A stretch of DNA of 64,000 nucleotides, taken from NCBI GenBank assembly GCA_001244265.2, contig LN717261.1, positions 620,001 through 684,000 on the forward strand. Direction: 5' to 3'. The notes below the pieces were generated by a model. The model was not told where the DNA came from and ran no database searches. It saw nothing but the letters and a program-made list of their open reading frames with translations. Below, piece after piece: positions 1 to 10,500 of this stretch. Both the position numbers and the translations under genes were made by a program. Positions within the stretch are counted from its first letter, which is position 1. The number at the start of each line of letters is the position of its first letter. Origin of the DNA: Microbotryum violaceum. Its lineage: Eukaryota.

Positions 1-3000
1 CGCCTGATCGAGACTCGACAAAGTCCTTGATCGCCTGATTGAGCCTGAAGAATGGTGCAGTAATGCCTCCGACGTGTTCGATGTACGACAGGATCTCGCT
101 GCGACGTTTGGAGGTGACGAGGAGGGAAGAGCGTCCTTGTTGCTGGGAGGAGCGGGCCGTCGCAGTCGGAGTCGAGTGGCCGGGTGAGACAGTCGGAGTG
201 CCCGACGGCCGGGCAGCGTCGATACTTGATCGCGCGACCACCTGAGAGCCGCGGCGCTCGATTCGCTGCGACGACTCCTGGCATGCGCTCGAGGGCGGAG
301 ACCGTTCTTTGATGGCAAAGTCGACGCGCCGCTTCTTTGCGGGACTTCCGTGCGCTTTTGCTGGCTGTGCACCGTTATCCTCCGCTGGAGCGTCAGAACG
401 GCCGACGGGTGCATTCGAGGGCACGGGGGTCGCAGCATGCGTCGATTCCAAGTCGAGGTCGTCTCTCCCGGAGCGTGTGCGCTTATGAACAACGAGGTGT
501 GAAGGGGTAATAGGTTCCGCCAGTGATGATGAAGCTGCCGACGCCCTCGTCGGCCTTCTCGGGGCTCTGTGTCATTTGGGGCCGAATCAGTTCGAGCCGC
601 GCGTATTTGTACCTACAGTGCCATGAAGACTTACGAAGTTGGCTGCTCCAGGAGTAGGGCATCAGTTGCGGAGGCGGATTGTGATTGCTGCGGCCGTTGG
701 GGGTCGTCCGGCTCGTCGCGCGGAGCAGTAGCTTGCACTTCACCGGCCTTGTTAGCTTTTCGCGGACGGCCTCGTCCACGCTTGACCACGGGTGAAACTA
801 CGGGCTCCTCCACCAGGCTTGACACAACAGAGGATACAACGGTATCAATGCAACGCTCGACCGACACGGGAGACGTCACGGGTTCGTCCACGGGACGGGA
901 ACGAGGCCGGCCGCGTCGCCTGACCGTGTCAACCGCGGCCACTGTTTCAAGGGTGGGATCATGCTCGGCTGAGGTTTGGTGCGTACAGGCCAGAGTCTCA
1001 ACGGTACTACGGGGCTTTTTCGCAGGGGATCGAAGGCCGAGCATGATTGCAGCCTCCTCGGCTCCGTCGGACGAGGAATGATCGGGGGACTGATCATCCT
1101 CGGCCGGTGGTTCGCCAGAGACGGGCATCGCTTCGTTCGCCATGTCTTTGGCCGATGTTTTGGACGCCGCGTTCTTTCCTGTCCCTTTCGATCTCTTCTC
1201 GACTACGGGATCTGGTGAGGGCGTAGGAAGCCCCCTCTGGATCCTTTCGGCCTCCTGTCGCGCTACGAACTCGGCTCGATCTGCCTTGATTTGGTCCCGC
1301 TTCCAGCCTTTCTGGCGAGGCAGCATCCCGAGTCGTTGTCGCTCAGCGTCTTCGAGCTTGCGCCTATCGTAGTACGTAAGAACCCCCTCCTCTAGGGGAC
1401 GTTTGCGAGGGCGGCCACGAGGGCCTTTAAGTGCCGGCGACGGTACGTTTTCACTCGCTGACTGCGTTCCGCCCTCAGCATTGTCATCTGTGGCAGCTGT
1501 GAATGTATGAGCACAGTAAAGGTAAGAAACGGGAGTGTATTCTCGTTCAAGTTGCGGATAAAACTCGATAAAACTCGACTAACCTTCACTTCTAGACACT
1601 TTGACCATCTTGGAAGCCTTGACCGGTTTCGGTAACTTGATCGAGGCACGTCGGGGTGCCTGGACCCTCTTTGCAATACCGGTTCGAGTCCACAACGTTT
1701 CCCTCGCTTCCATGGCGTGGAATCCGCCTTTAGCTCGTTTGACGGTGGCCCCGGAACGGAGATCGAGCTCACCGGTCCACTTTCTCTTGCTCTCGAGGAT
1801 GTCGTAGCATTGTTCGATGGGTTGCCACGTTCCGACCACGTCCGAGTCGGGCGCATTGCCACCCTCCCGCACCTCGGCTCCGTCTTGACGGCACCGGGCA
1901 ACGTAGCCAGCAGCCGTAAAAAACCTCGAACGCTTCTCCCTTCCAAAGGTTTCGGTCATCATCTTGACGCAGTAGTCCTTCGTTTGCGCAGGCACCAACG
2001 ACTCTCTCATCAGCCTCGTCAACGTCTGATCAATCGTCCTCATGTTGATGCCGCCCAGCGCCACCGATAACTCGGCGCAGGTTGCACCTTCGGCGCCGGC
2101 TTCGGCGAGAAGGTCGAGCATCTGTCGGTCCAGCGGAACGAAAGTGTAGGCATGGGGCGAGTCATCGTCCTCGGGTCGTTGCTCCTCGTCAAATTCGAAC
2201 ATGCGTCCAGGTTTTTCGCCGTCGGTATAGGCATCGACGTCGACGAGGCGCACGCATGAAGTCTGTGCATTCGATCGACCCGAAAAATCCGTGACCACGA
2301 GCTTCTCGATGACGCCGTCCTTGGCCATCATCGTGATGAGGCTGTTCAGTCGTCGTAAATCCTTGCAGGTATAGTGATACAGACCCTGGTCGATGATGTG
2401 AAGGCGCATCCGGCAAGCTTCGTCAGTATTCAGGACATGAAAGCGGTAACAGCCTAGGATCCACTGACGATCGTGGGTGCAATCTGCGAATGGGGCATGA
2501 AGTGGCCCTCGCGCTTTTTGAGTGCTCGCACAACCCTTTTGAGTACCATCTCCGAGTTGGTATTGATGTGGCGGTGACTGATCGCACTCATCCTCCTTGC
2601 CGCGCCGGCGGCCTCGAGGAGTGCGTTCTCGTCGTCGTCGTCGTGCTCCGCGTCAGCTCCCTTGCCGGCCTTGATCTCTTCCTCGTCCTCGGCCGATTCG
2701 TTGAGATTGTGGATCTTCCATTCCTTGGATCGGTCGAGGTAGCGCACATGCACGACGCGGTTCGTCCAACTGCCATGATCGGTGGTGCGGAACTTTTTGA
2801 CGACGCCGAGTTGGACCGCGACGCGAACAAAGTGGAACGTGCTCTTCTGGTCATAGCCGATGTGCTTGCCGATGGTCACGACCGTTGCGCCATCACCGCG
2901 CCCCCGAGAAACGTATTGCAGGAGCGCGTAGACGGGTGGTGTCAACGCGGTCGGTCGGGTTGAGGAGCCCGTGATGGCGAGCCACGCCGTATCGGCGCCG

Positions 3001-3961
3001 ACGACGATGCGCAGTTCCGAGCCATGGCGCTCCATGAACTCGTCCCTCGAAGAGGTAGTATCGTCGAGGTAGCGCATGGTATGCGTCGGCGTTCCACCTT
3101 CGATCTTGGCCTTGCCCTTCTTTTTCGGGCTGCTGCTCGTCGAGGCGGCTTGGGCGAGCTCTTCGGCCACTTCGTTCATCCTTTCAAGCACGCCGACGTG
3201 GACATCTTCTTGTGCGGCGAGGATAGACCAGATATACGACACGAAGGCGTCGTCGATGACCTGTCTGACCTGCGAGGTTGAGGCTTGTGAGGAGGGGTCG
3301 AATGAGATGGTCGTGGCCGAAGCTTCTCGGATAAAGGACGTGAGTCGGGTCATATCGGTCCCTGTCGAACCATGACAGATTGTCGAACCATGACAGATCA
3401 GCGAACAGTACCAACGGAGATGATAAAATCGGGAGAAGATGGGGCGACGGGCAGAGTGACGAGGCTGAGTTTCACCGACGACGCCAAGCCAATGAGAGCG
3501 AGAAATCACACCGAGAGTGTCCAGTTCTAAGTGGGGGCGTCGGACAAGGACCACGCCCGCGACGGGACTGCTCGTTCAATCCACGGGCACGGGGACAGTC
3601 TCGCAGCATTATTGGGACAGCCCGATCGATCATGACGTCTGAAAGCCTCCCCGCCGAAGCCAGCCAGCGCACTCAAGAAGCCCATGTCCAAGCCGGGATC
3701 CACTCCACGGCGGTTGAGACCCCCACCCCACCTGGGCTACCTGGCTTGGGCTACCTGGGCTGGGGCTACCTGGGCTGGCCTGGGCTGGGCTGGGCTGGGC
3801 TGGGCTGGGCTGGGCTGGGCTGGGCTGGGCTGGGCTGGGCTGGGCTGGGCTGGTGTGTTGTGGCCGGTCATCGTCGTCGGGGAGGAGGGAGCTATGCACT
3901 GACCTTCATCGCCGTCCATGGCGATCTCCTCCAAGAGGTATTGCACCAGCTTGTCGATCAT
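1..3961 (-). CDS. TFC3: RNA polymerase III transcription factor TFIIIC B-block-binding (largest) subunit, 3'-partial; exons approx 3961-3904, 3361-2469, 2385-1584, 1496-635, 566-<1
   Basis: Spliced N-terminus MIDKLVQYLLEEIAMDGDEG|TDMTRL resembles fungal Tfc3/Sfc3 starts. Winged-helix-like segments (IGKHIGYDQKSTFHFVR; DLLAEAGAEGATCAELS) and GRPR AT-hooks are present. Four GT..AG introns (3903-3362, 2468-2386, 1583-1497, 634-567) join the ORFs in frame, and the frame stays open to position 1. Confidence 0.8.
3732..3853. repeat. (GGGCT)n pentanucleotide microsatellite in intron 1 of the TFIIIC gene
   Basis: About 14 perfect TGGGC units from 3781, preceded by degenerate units. Confidence 0.95.
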
Positions 3962-4255
3962 CTCGTTCCGGGTCTTGGTCTGTGCTGACTGAACGGCGCT
4001 GGGTCGCTATGGTCGGCGCCGGTGGGCCACGAGTCGACGATATCGATCGACCGGATGTCGGGAGCTAGATGGTGCTGTTGTGCGTGGGGCGTGTCGCAGC
4101 CGATGGTCCAAGAGGCGGGATCGACTAAAGTCGTACGGAGCACTGACCAGGTGTTGAGCTTGGTAGTGGGTCAAGGTCAAACAGTCGTCGAGCTCAGTCA
4201 GGCGCGATCGGCGTGGGCTGCTCGTTCAAACGTTCAAGCTCGTTCGCGCGCCTGA

Positions 4256-4480
4256 CATCTCTAAGGAACGGTTAGTCGGGCGCGAGTCGAGGTAGTCGGG
4301 CGCGAGTCGGGATTGGCTAGCGGTCCCGCGAGTCGGTGCTTAGTCGGGCAACTGTCGGGCGAGTCGGGGGCGAGTCGAGACCGTAGTCGGCGGGGAGTCG
4401 GCCGGGAGTCGACTATTAGTCGGTTGTGAACTCGTTAGCGAGCCATTGGGAGTCGCGCGCTTTCAGCCCCAAGTCGGAGA
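4256..4480. repeat. AGTCG-rich degenerate repeat cluster, possibly the subterminal region of a truncated TIR DNA transposon
   Basis: More than 10 copies of (T/G)AGTCG(G/A) in ~220 bp starting at CATCTC; ends just before a Helitron 3' end at 4519. No partner TIR seen. Confidence 0.4.
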
Positions 4481-4518
4481 GTGGTCCACACGATTTCAAC
4501 TTTTCTTTATCTCATAGA

Positions 4519-7158
4519 CTAGGTTCGGCGGCGCGCTCCGCGCCCCGCGCGCCACCTCACATTGAAAAACATTATTGCAGATGGCTACGGTTCTACGCTG
4601 CTTCATCTATGTTTTCGGGGATTTTTGCAGGACTGGACAGAAGATCCATTGCACCTAAGTCATGTCGAGGGTAGGCTCCCGGCAGTGGACGCAGTGCAAT
4701 CGGTGACTGTGCGGCGGGGGATGTCGCCGTGCGCGAACTGAACGCGCTCCCGGAGGTTCCGGACGGTAGGTCGTCGCTGCGGGATAGCGTTGGCATCGGG
4801 CGTTGGCTGGGGTGGAGGCGATTGATTAATAGAATCATCTTGCTGCCTTTCCCTAAGTCTCCGCAATTGTTATGCCCTAGATCTTCTGGAAGTAGAATGA
4901 TTCGTTGATGTTGACGTCGATGTTGATGCGGTAGAGGCAGGGTTCGGCGAAGAACTGTGGGACCGGACCGGAACGCACTCGCTCGAGCCCTTCGTCGTTG
5001 CTGGCCTTCAGACCTCCGAGACGTCGTGCAACTATCAGTATTCTTGCTGTTGTCCATCTGTAGCAATGGCAGTAAAGACTCACATTTAGTGTTCCGATGA
5101 CCCGGATTTTCAACCGTAGGAAGTCAAGCAGCACCTCAACTTCCCCCCAAAAGTCGGTATTCCATGATGCAAGCGTGGACGATTTGAGCAGGCGATGACT
5201 TGGAAATTGCGGGAAGGCATCTTGAGAAAACTTGTCCCCTGTGAAGTTACAGTCCAATCGGTCAGTTAGTCATGCTGCCCTGTGCTGTACTGCTGAAAGA
5301 TTGGCACGCACCTGCCAACACGGCGGTCAGTCCACCAAACCGAGCCGTTGACGATCGCACATTTTGCAACATCCTGCCCACCCGCTGAGAACATCGACGG
5401 TGTTGCATCGGTGCCTTGTCCCAGAGCTCGGCGAGCTGTCCTTGTTTCGGAACGTTGCACGTAAAGGTCGCCGAAGATGATGATCGGGATCTTGAACCGT
5501 GAACGTGCTGCCTTTTGGCAGTAGCAGTGCAGCAATACCCGATGATGCAACGGCAAGAGCGTATCTTCCCTCTGACCGAATCTGAGCAAGGACCGTTTCT
5601 TCCAAGAACGTTTTGCCTGTTCCTCCCGGAGCATCAACGAAATCGACGATTTGTGTAGACGATGACTTGGGAATAACGGGAAGGCATCGCTTCGGATCCC
5701 CTGTGATGTTACAGTCGAACCGGTCAGTTAATCATGCTGCCCTGTGCTTTGCTTTTGAAAGATTGGCATACACCTGCCACCACAACGATCACTCCACCGA
5801 ACCGAGCCGTTGAGGATCTGCCACGGATGGTGAGCCGCAATTCACGGAACCTGTTTTTTTTTTTTTGCGATTCGTCCTTTAGAACTATCCTGTTGTCTAT
5901 CTGTAGCAATGGCAGTGAAGACTCACATTTTGTGTCCCATGAACCCGGATTCTCAACCGTACGAAGTCAATCCTTCCGCTGTATCACTGACATCCAATGT
6001 CTGTTTTTCGTATCAGTTTTTCCGTCATATCTAAGGCTGCACAGTCATGTCAAGGGATAACTCACGCATGCAGTGTCACCAGCTGACGGTGAAGAAACAA
6101 CTCGAGAGTTGACATTCAAAGAGGACGTGTTGAAGGGAATTTCTGCTTGGTAGTTAGCTTCTGAACAATCCCACACCAAGAGCACAGTTCATGAAGTTAC
6201 TTACTCGAATTCGTAGCTATGTTGCATGCGGCAAGCACTTCTTGATCCCGTATTCGTTGCAGAGCTTCCACGACGACCGCTTCGGATGTCGGAAGCTTGA
6301 GGTGGCGATGGGATGAGGTGCGATGGGTAAGGTGTGAAGAGCAGGAGGGAGAAAGATGGAGAAGTCTGCGCCTCAGTTAAACCGGGCTCATAGAATGTCG
6401 CGGAAGACCGCGAAATGTCGTGGAGTGAAGCCCAGTGTCGGCAAGCCCGTGATGCGCTGGCGGGGCCTCTAACGGCGGCATTGGCGCACTGGCCGACGCT
6501 ACCCGAGGTCTGGAACTGCTTCAAAGCGTGGAGGAACGAATCTCAAGCTTGGAGGTGAAGAGCTGCGGGCCCGTTGTACTTGCCGTGCGACATTGAGACT
6601 GCCTGCTGCCGGTGCAGTTGACTTGACGAACCAGTTTGCGCGACGTCGTGTTGATCGGTTTCGCGCTGCTGCTTCTGGCGAAGGCATCGTTGTCGCTGAG
6701 CTTCGGCGATTGTTCGAGGTTGCTGGCGGCAACGTCTGTGCGAATAGGGCGGGAGTTGGGAGGAGTCGGAATGTGCGGAGGAGGAACGCGAGCAGCTGCC
6801 GACGTCTCTGCTGCCCCGCTGCTCTCCGTGAAGATTGTTGTACAGGAGACGGGACGTGAAAGCTTGCAGATGACTCTTCGGCAGTGGCAGAACTGGAGGG
6901 TTGAAGGGACTACACTACAATGTGGTAGGCACGCAAAACCGGTTGTCTGGGAAGCAGAGTCATGTGCCAGGCCGCATCTACTTCAGGCCGCATGGATGGG
7001 AAATGGAACCTCGGCGAAGGTAGTCGATGCTGAAACAGCGCTAGCTAACTGGGACGCGCTAGACCGAGAGCTGCCTATGACGTCACGCCACGTGGTTTGT
7101 CTTTTGTTCTAGAACGTTCTTTGTCCGACGTGACTGATTCATTTAGTAGTATAGAAGA
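4519..7158 (-). mobile_element. Non-autonomous Helitron copy A (~2.6 kb) carrying a PIF1-helicase fragment
   Basis: On the minus strand: 5' TCTTCTATACTACTAAAT at 7158; 3' GC-rich hairpin-like tract then GCCGAACCTAG|T at 4519. Frameshifted helicase fragment at ~5330-5650 (DAPGGTGKTF-EETVLAQIRSEGRYALAVASSGIAALLLPKG). Extensive similarity to copies B, C and E. Confidence 0.85.
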
Positions 7159-7160
7159 CA

Positions 7161-7295
7161 TCCTTAAAACTTATAAAATATAAAATCTTTAAAACTTATA
7201 TAAAATAAAAAACGTCGTCGAGACAAAGAACATTCTAGAACGAGACAAACCACGTTGCGTGACGTCATGGCGCGCGAAGCGCACCACCGCACTAG
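7161..7295 (+). mobile_element. Mini-Helitron unit 1 (135 bp)
   Basis: A|TCCTTAAAAC 5' end, GGCGCGCGAAGCGCACC hairpin, ends CACTAG followed by T. Confidence 0.8.
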
Positions 7296-7414
7296 TCCTT
7301 AAAACTATATTATTATATATATAATAAAAAACGTCGTCGAGACAAAGAACATTCTAGAACGAGACAAACCACGTGGCGTAACGTCATGGCGCGCGAAGCG
7401 GGCCACCGCACTAG
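7296..7414 (+). mobile_element. Mini-Helitron unit 2 (119 bp), head-to-tail with unit 1
   Basis: Starts TCCTTAAAAC immediately after the CTAG of unit 1, has the same body and hairpin, ends CACTAG; followed directly by another 5' terminus TCTTCTATAC at 7415. Confidence 0.8.
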
Positions 7415-7541
7415 TCTTCTATACTACTAAATGAATCAGTCACGTCAGACAAAGAACGTTCTAGAACAAAAGACAAACCACGTGGCGTGACGTCATAGGC
7501 AGCTCTCGGTCTAGCGCGTCCCAGTTAGCTAGCGCTGTTTT
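7415..7541 (+). repeat. Helitron 5'-terminal fragment; inverted copy of ~7034-7158
   Basis: TCTTCTATACTACTAAATGAATCAGTCACGTC...CTAGCGCTGTTT is the near-perfect reverse complement of the 5' end of copy A. Confidence 0.85.
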
Positions 7542-7553
7542 AATTTAGTAGTA

Positions 7554-10500
7554 CCAGTGGGAACCCGTTAAATTAACGGGAGGATGAAAATTAAATAGCA
7601 GAATCGTGATCTCAGTTGAAGGTAAAACACACAATACAAAGGACAGCTTCAGTACTATTCCCCATTCATTCCTCTGAGAACAGAGCGGAATACTGGGTTT
7701 GGGGTCGCGGTGGCTGCGGCTGCCGCTCGATCAACGGCTTGTAGGTCGTCGTCATCATCGGCGGGGTCGCGAGAGGGCAGTAGCACCTTGATTCGATCAA
7801 CACTCATGGCTCGAGACAATGCCACATACAGCTGCCCATGAGTGAAGACGGGATGTAGGGAGAGATCGACGCCAACACGATCGAGTGATTGAGCTTGGGC
7901 TTTGTTGATCGTCATGGCCAAGGCAACGCGAAGCGGGAATTGGAGCCGGCGCATAGTGAAACCAAGTTGGCGACTGCCAGTCGCATTTGTCTCAATTCGC
8001 ACGCGAGGGATGAAGACCGTGGTGCCCGCTCGATCTCCGGCCAAGATGATGGCTTGAATGACTCTCGATCTTGCGTGCGACACGATCAGGCGGGTACCGT
8101 TGCAGAGGCCCGCGTCTGGGTCCAAATTGCGAAGAAGAACGACGGGGATCCCTTCCTTGAGATGCAAGTGATGCGCGGGGAAGTTGGACGGGTTGATTGA
8201 ATGTAGATACTCTGGCGAAATCAGTTCCGGCGCCATTCCACCCCCAGTTTTGCCTGCCTCAACGACCTCGTCTGCGCTGCGATACTCGATGTAGTCGCCA
8301 TTGAACTCTTCCAGCAGCTTGGCATTGATGCGATCGACCGTTGCATTATGCGGAGCTAGGATTGCCTGACGTGAGAACAGCTGAATCAGGTCTTCGAGGG
8401 ACTCCTTGTTCACGGTCCTTAAACCGGGGTAGACAAAGTTGATCAACCCTTCGGCCGTTCTTTGACCGTCCGGAAGCAGCAGGTAATCAGGCAGCTGCGA
8501 AACGGATAGAAGGGGTCTTAGTGTCGGTTGGTTGGGTAAACGAGGGGAGCCAAACGTACTGCAATCTTGTCGTATGGGTGCATGTTGGCAGTTCCATCTC
8601 CCACGGTGAGTAGCCATTCCGCAAAGTCGCGCGTTCGAGCCAATTGAGCCTCGTCCATCGCATCAGCGTTCGAGCTGAGACGCATGTTCTCGGTAAGTCG
8701 CAAGACACGAACGTCGCGCCAGAAGTCTGCCTTGATGAGGGATGCATCGACGATTTGACCGGGAGTTCCTTTGGGAACAACAGGAAGGCACTGGCGAAAG
8801 TCCCCTACAAATTGGAAACCTTGTTAGCATGCCGCTGTTCAGAGCGGAGGCGGAAGAGCCCAACTGACCCGCAAAGATCATTGTCACCCCGCCGAAGTGC
8901 TCCTCAGTCTCTTGGAGATCACGCAGTAAACGGTCGACAGCTTCCACCGCAAATCGATGCGCCATTGGGGCTTCATCCCAAATGATGAGCTTGGTGGTAC
9001 GCAGCATCAGCGCGAGATCACTCTCCCTGTCGACTGGACACGTCGAGGTTGGCAAGGTGTCGAGTGGGATTCGAAAAGTTGAATGCGCCGTGTGTCCTCC
9101 CTTGAGAAGCAACGCCGCTACTCCGGACGACGCCACCGCAATCGCTTGGTCGCCTCGAGCTCGCACAGTATCGAGAAGGGCATTTTCCACAAAAGTCTTG
9201 CCAGTACCCCCAGGTGCTAGCAGGAAAAACACCTGCTGCGGCCCAAGGTTGTTGTTGCGCATCTGATCGACGGCATCGAGCTCGACCGCGCAAAGACACT
9301 CGTCAAATGCAATTCGTTGGTCGTGGTTCAGACGGGCATGCGCCGCTTCGGCATCTTGCGCGCATTGCTGGCGATCAAAACGGGGAAGCCGTTCCTCGAG
9401 ACGATCAAACAGCCGCACTTCGTCCTCGGTCAGCTCGGGAAGATCAAAGAAGGCCAAAGTTCGATCGTTTGCCGCAAGGAGGAGACGAATCTTGTTGAGG
9501 GTCCACAGGCGGATGGTTTGATTGTTGACGGGCACGTCTTCATAGCGTTCGATGTGATAACGGGCATCGTCGCTAAGAGAAGCAAAGTGACGATCCAGCA
9601 AAGCTGGTGGGTTGGCAACCGTCGCATGGATGAGCATGAACACGAATAATCGGCGTAGTTGGACACCGGTTTCAATCTGTGCAGCTTCCCTGAGATAGAT
9701 GTGATGCTCGCCATCGTCGGCGAGAAGTCCGCGAGCGGCGCGATAGGAAGGATACACGACGTCTTCGAACATGAGCAGGTCCGCAAACGATGTCGGGCCC
9801 ATGACGACCTCGAGGAGCAGTCTGAGGTAAAAGCGCTCCCCACTACGCAGTGGGACGGTGTAGATTCGTCCAATGACATTGCGATCATGGACTCGGCGTT
9901 TCCAGCGCAACTTCTCCTTATTCCAGGAGTAGTAGCGCGGCACATTCGTGTAGAGCAACGTGGTAGTGAGCTCGCCGTCGGGAGCTGCAGCGCACAGGTC
10001 GAAGAAGCCGGTCAGTTTGGAGCGAGTGGGCGGAGTGTCGAGGGGCAGCGGTTCATTGGGATTGATCTGCACAGATTGTTGATTCTCCAGATGGACCAGT
10101 AGTCGATTGACGGGTGGCCACACTCTACCGACCGAGAATCCGAATAGGCGGTGGACCGCTTCTGGAGCACTGATGTAGCGACCTTCGACGAACTCGTTGA
10201 TCTCATCTCGAACCGGTTCGTCCTCGCGAGCCCCTTCACCGTTCGCTGCACGCTCAACACGTGCCACAGCTCGATCCGGACCTTTGTACACATACTTGAA
10301 GAGGTACTTGATCGCGCCGATCGTTGTCACAGCCTCCACATTGATATGCGCATTGTACTTGGCGCAGAGATAAGGCGAGTACGGCACGCAGTCACCATCG
10401 TTGTAGATAACACCCCCCTTGACAACGGCGTGGCGAAAGCGTTGGCGATACAACGGGTAGCCTTCAGGGTGCATGCGGGTGTGGGGGTTCTGTTCGCGAG

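Noticed and set aside
3380-3988. ORFs with (WAGLG)n or (PAQPS)n repeats
   Set aside because: Translations of the intronic (GGGCT)n microsatellite.
7655-8617. Host PIF1 helicase gene
   Set aside because: Continuous with a HUH/Y2 Rep domain and followed by a Helitron hairpin-CTRR end.
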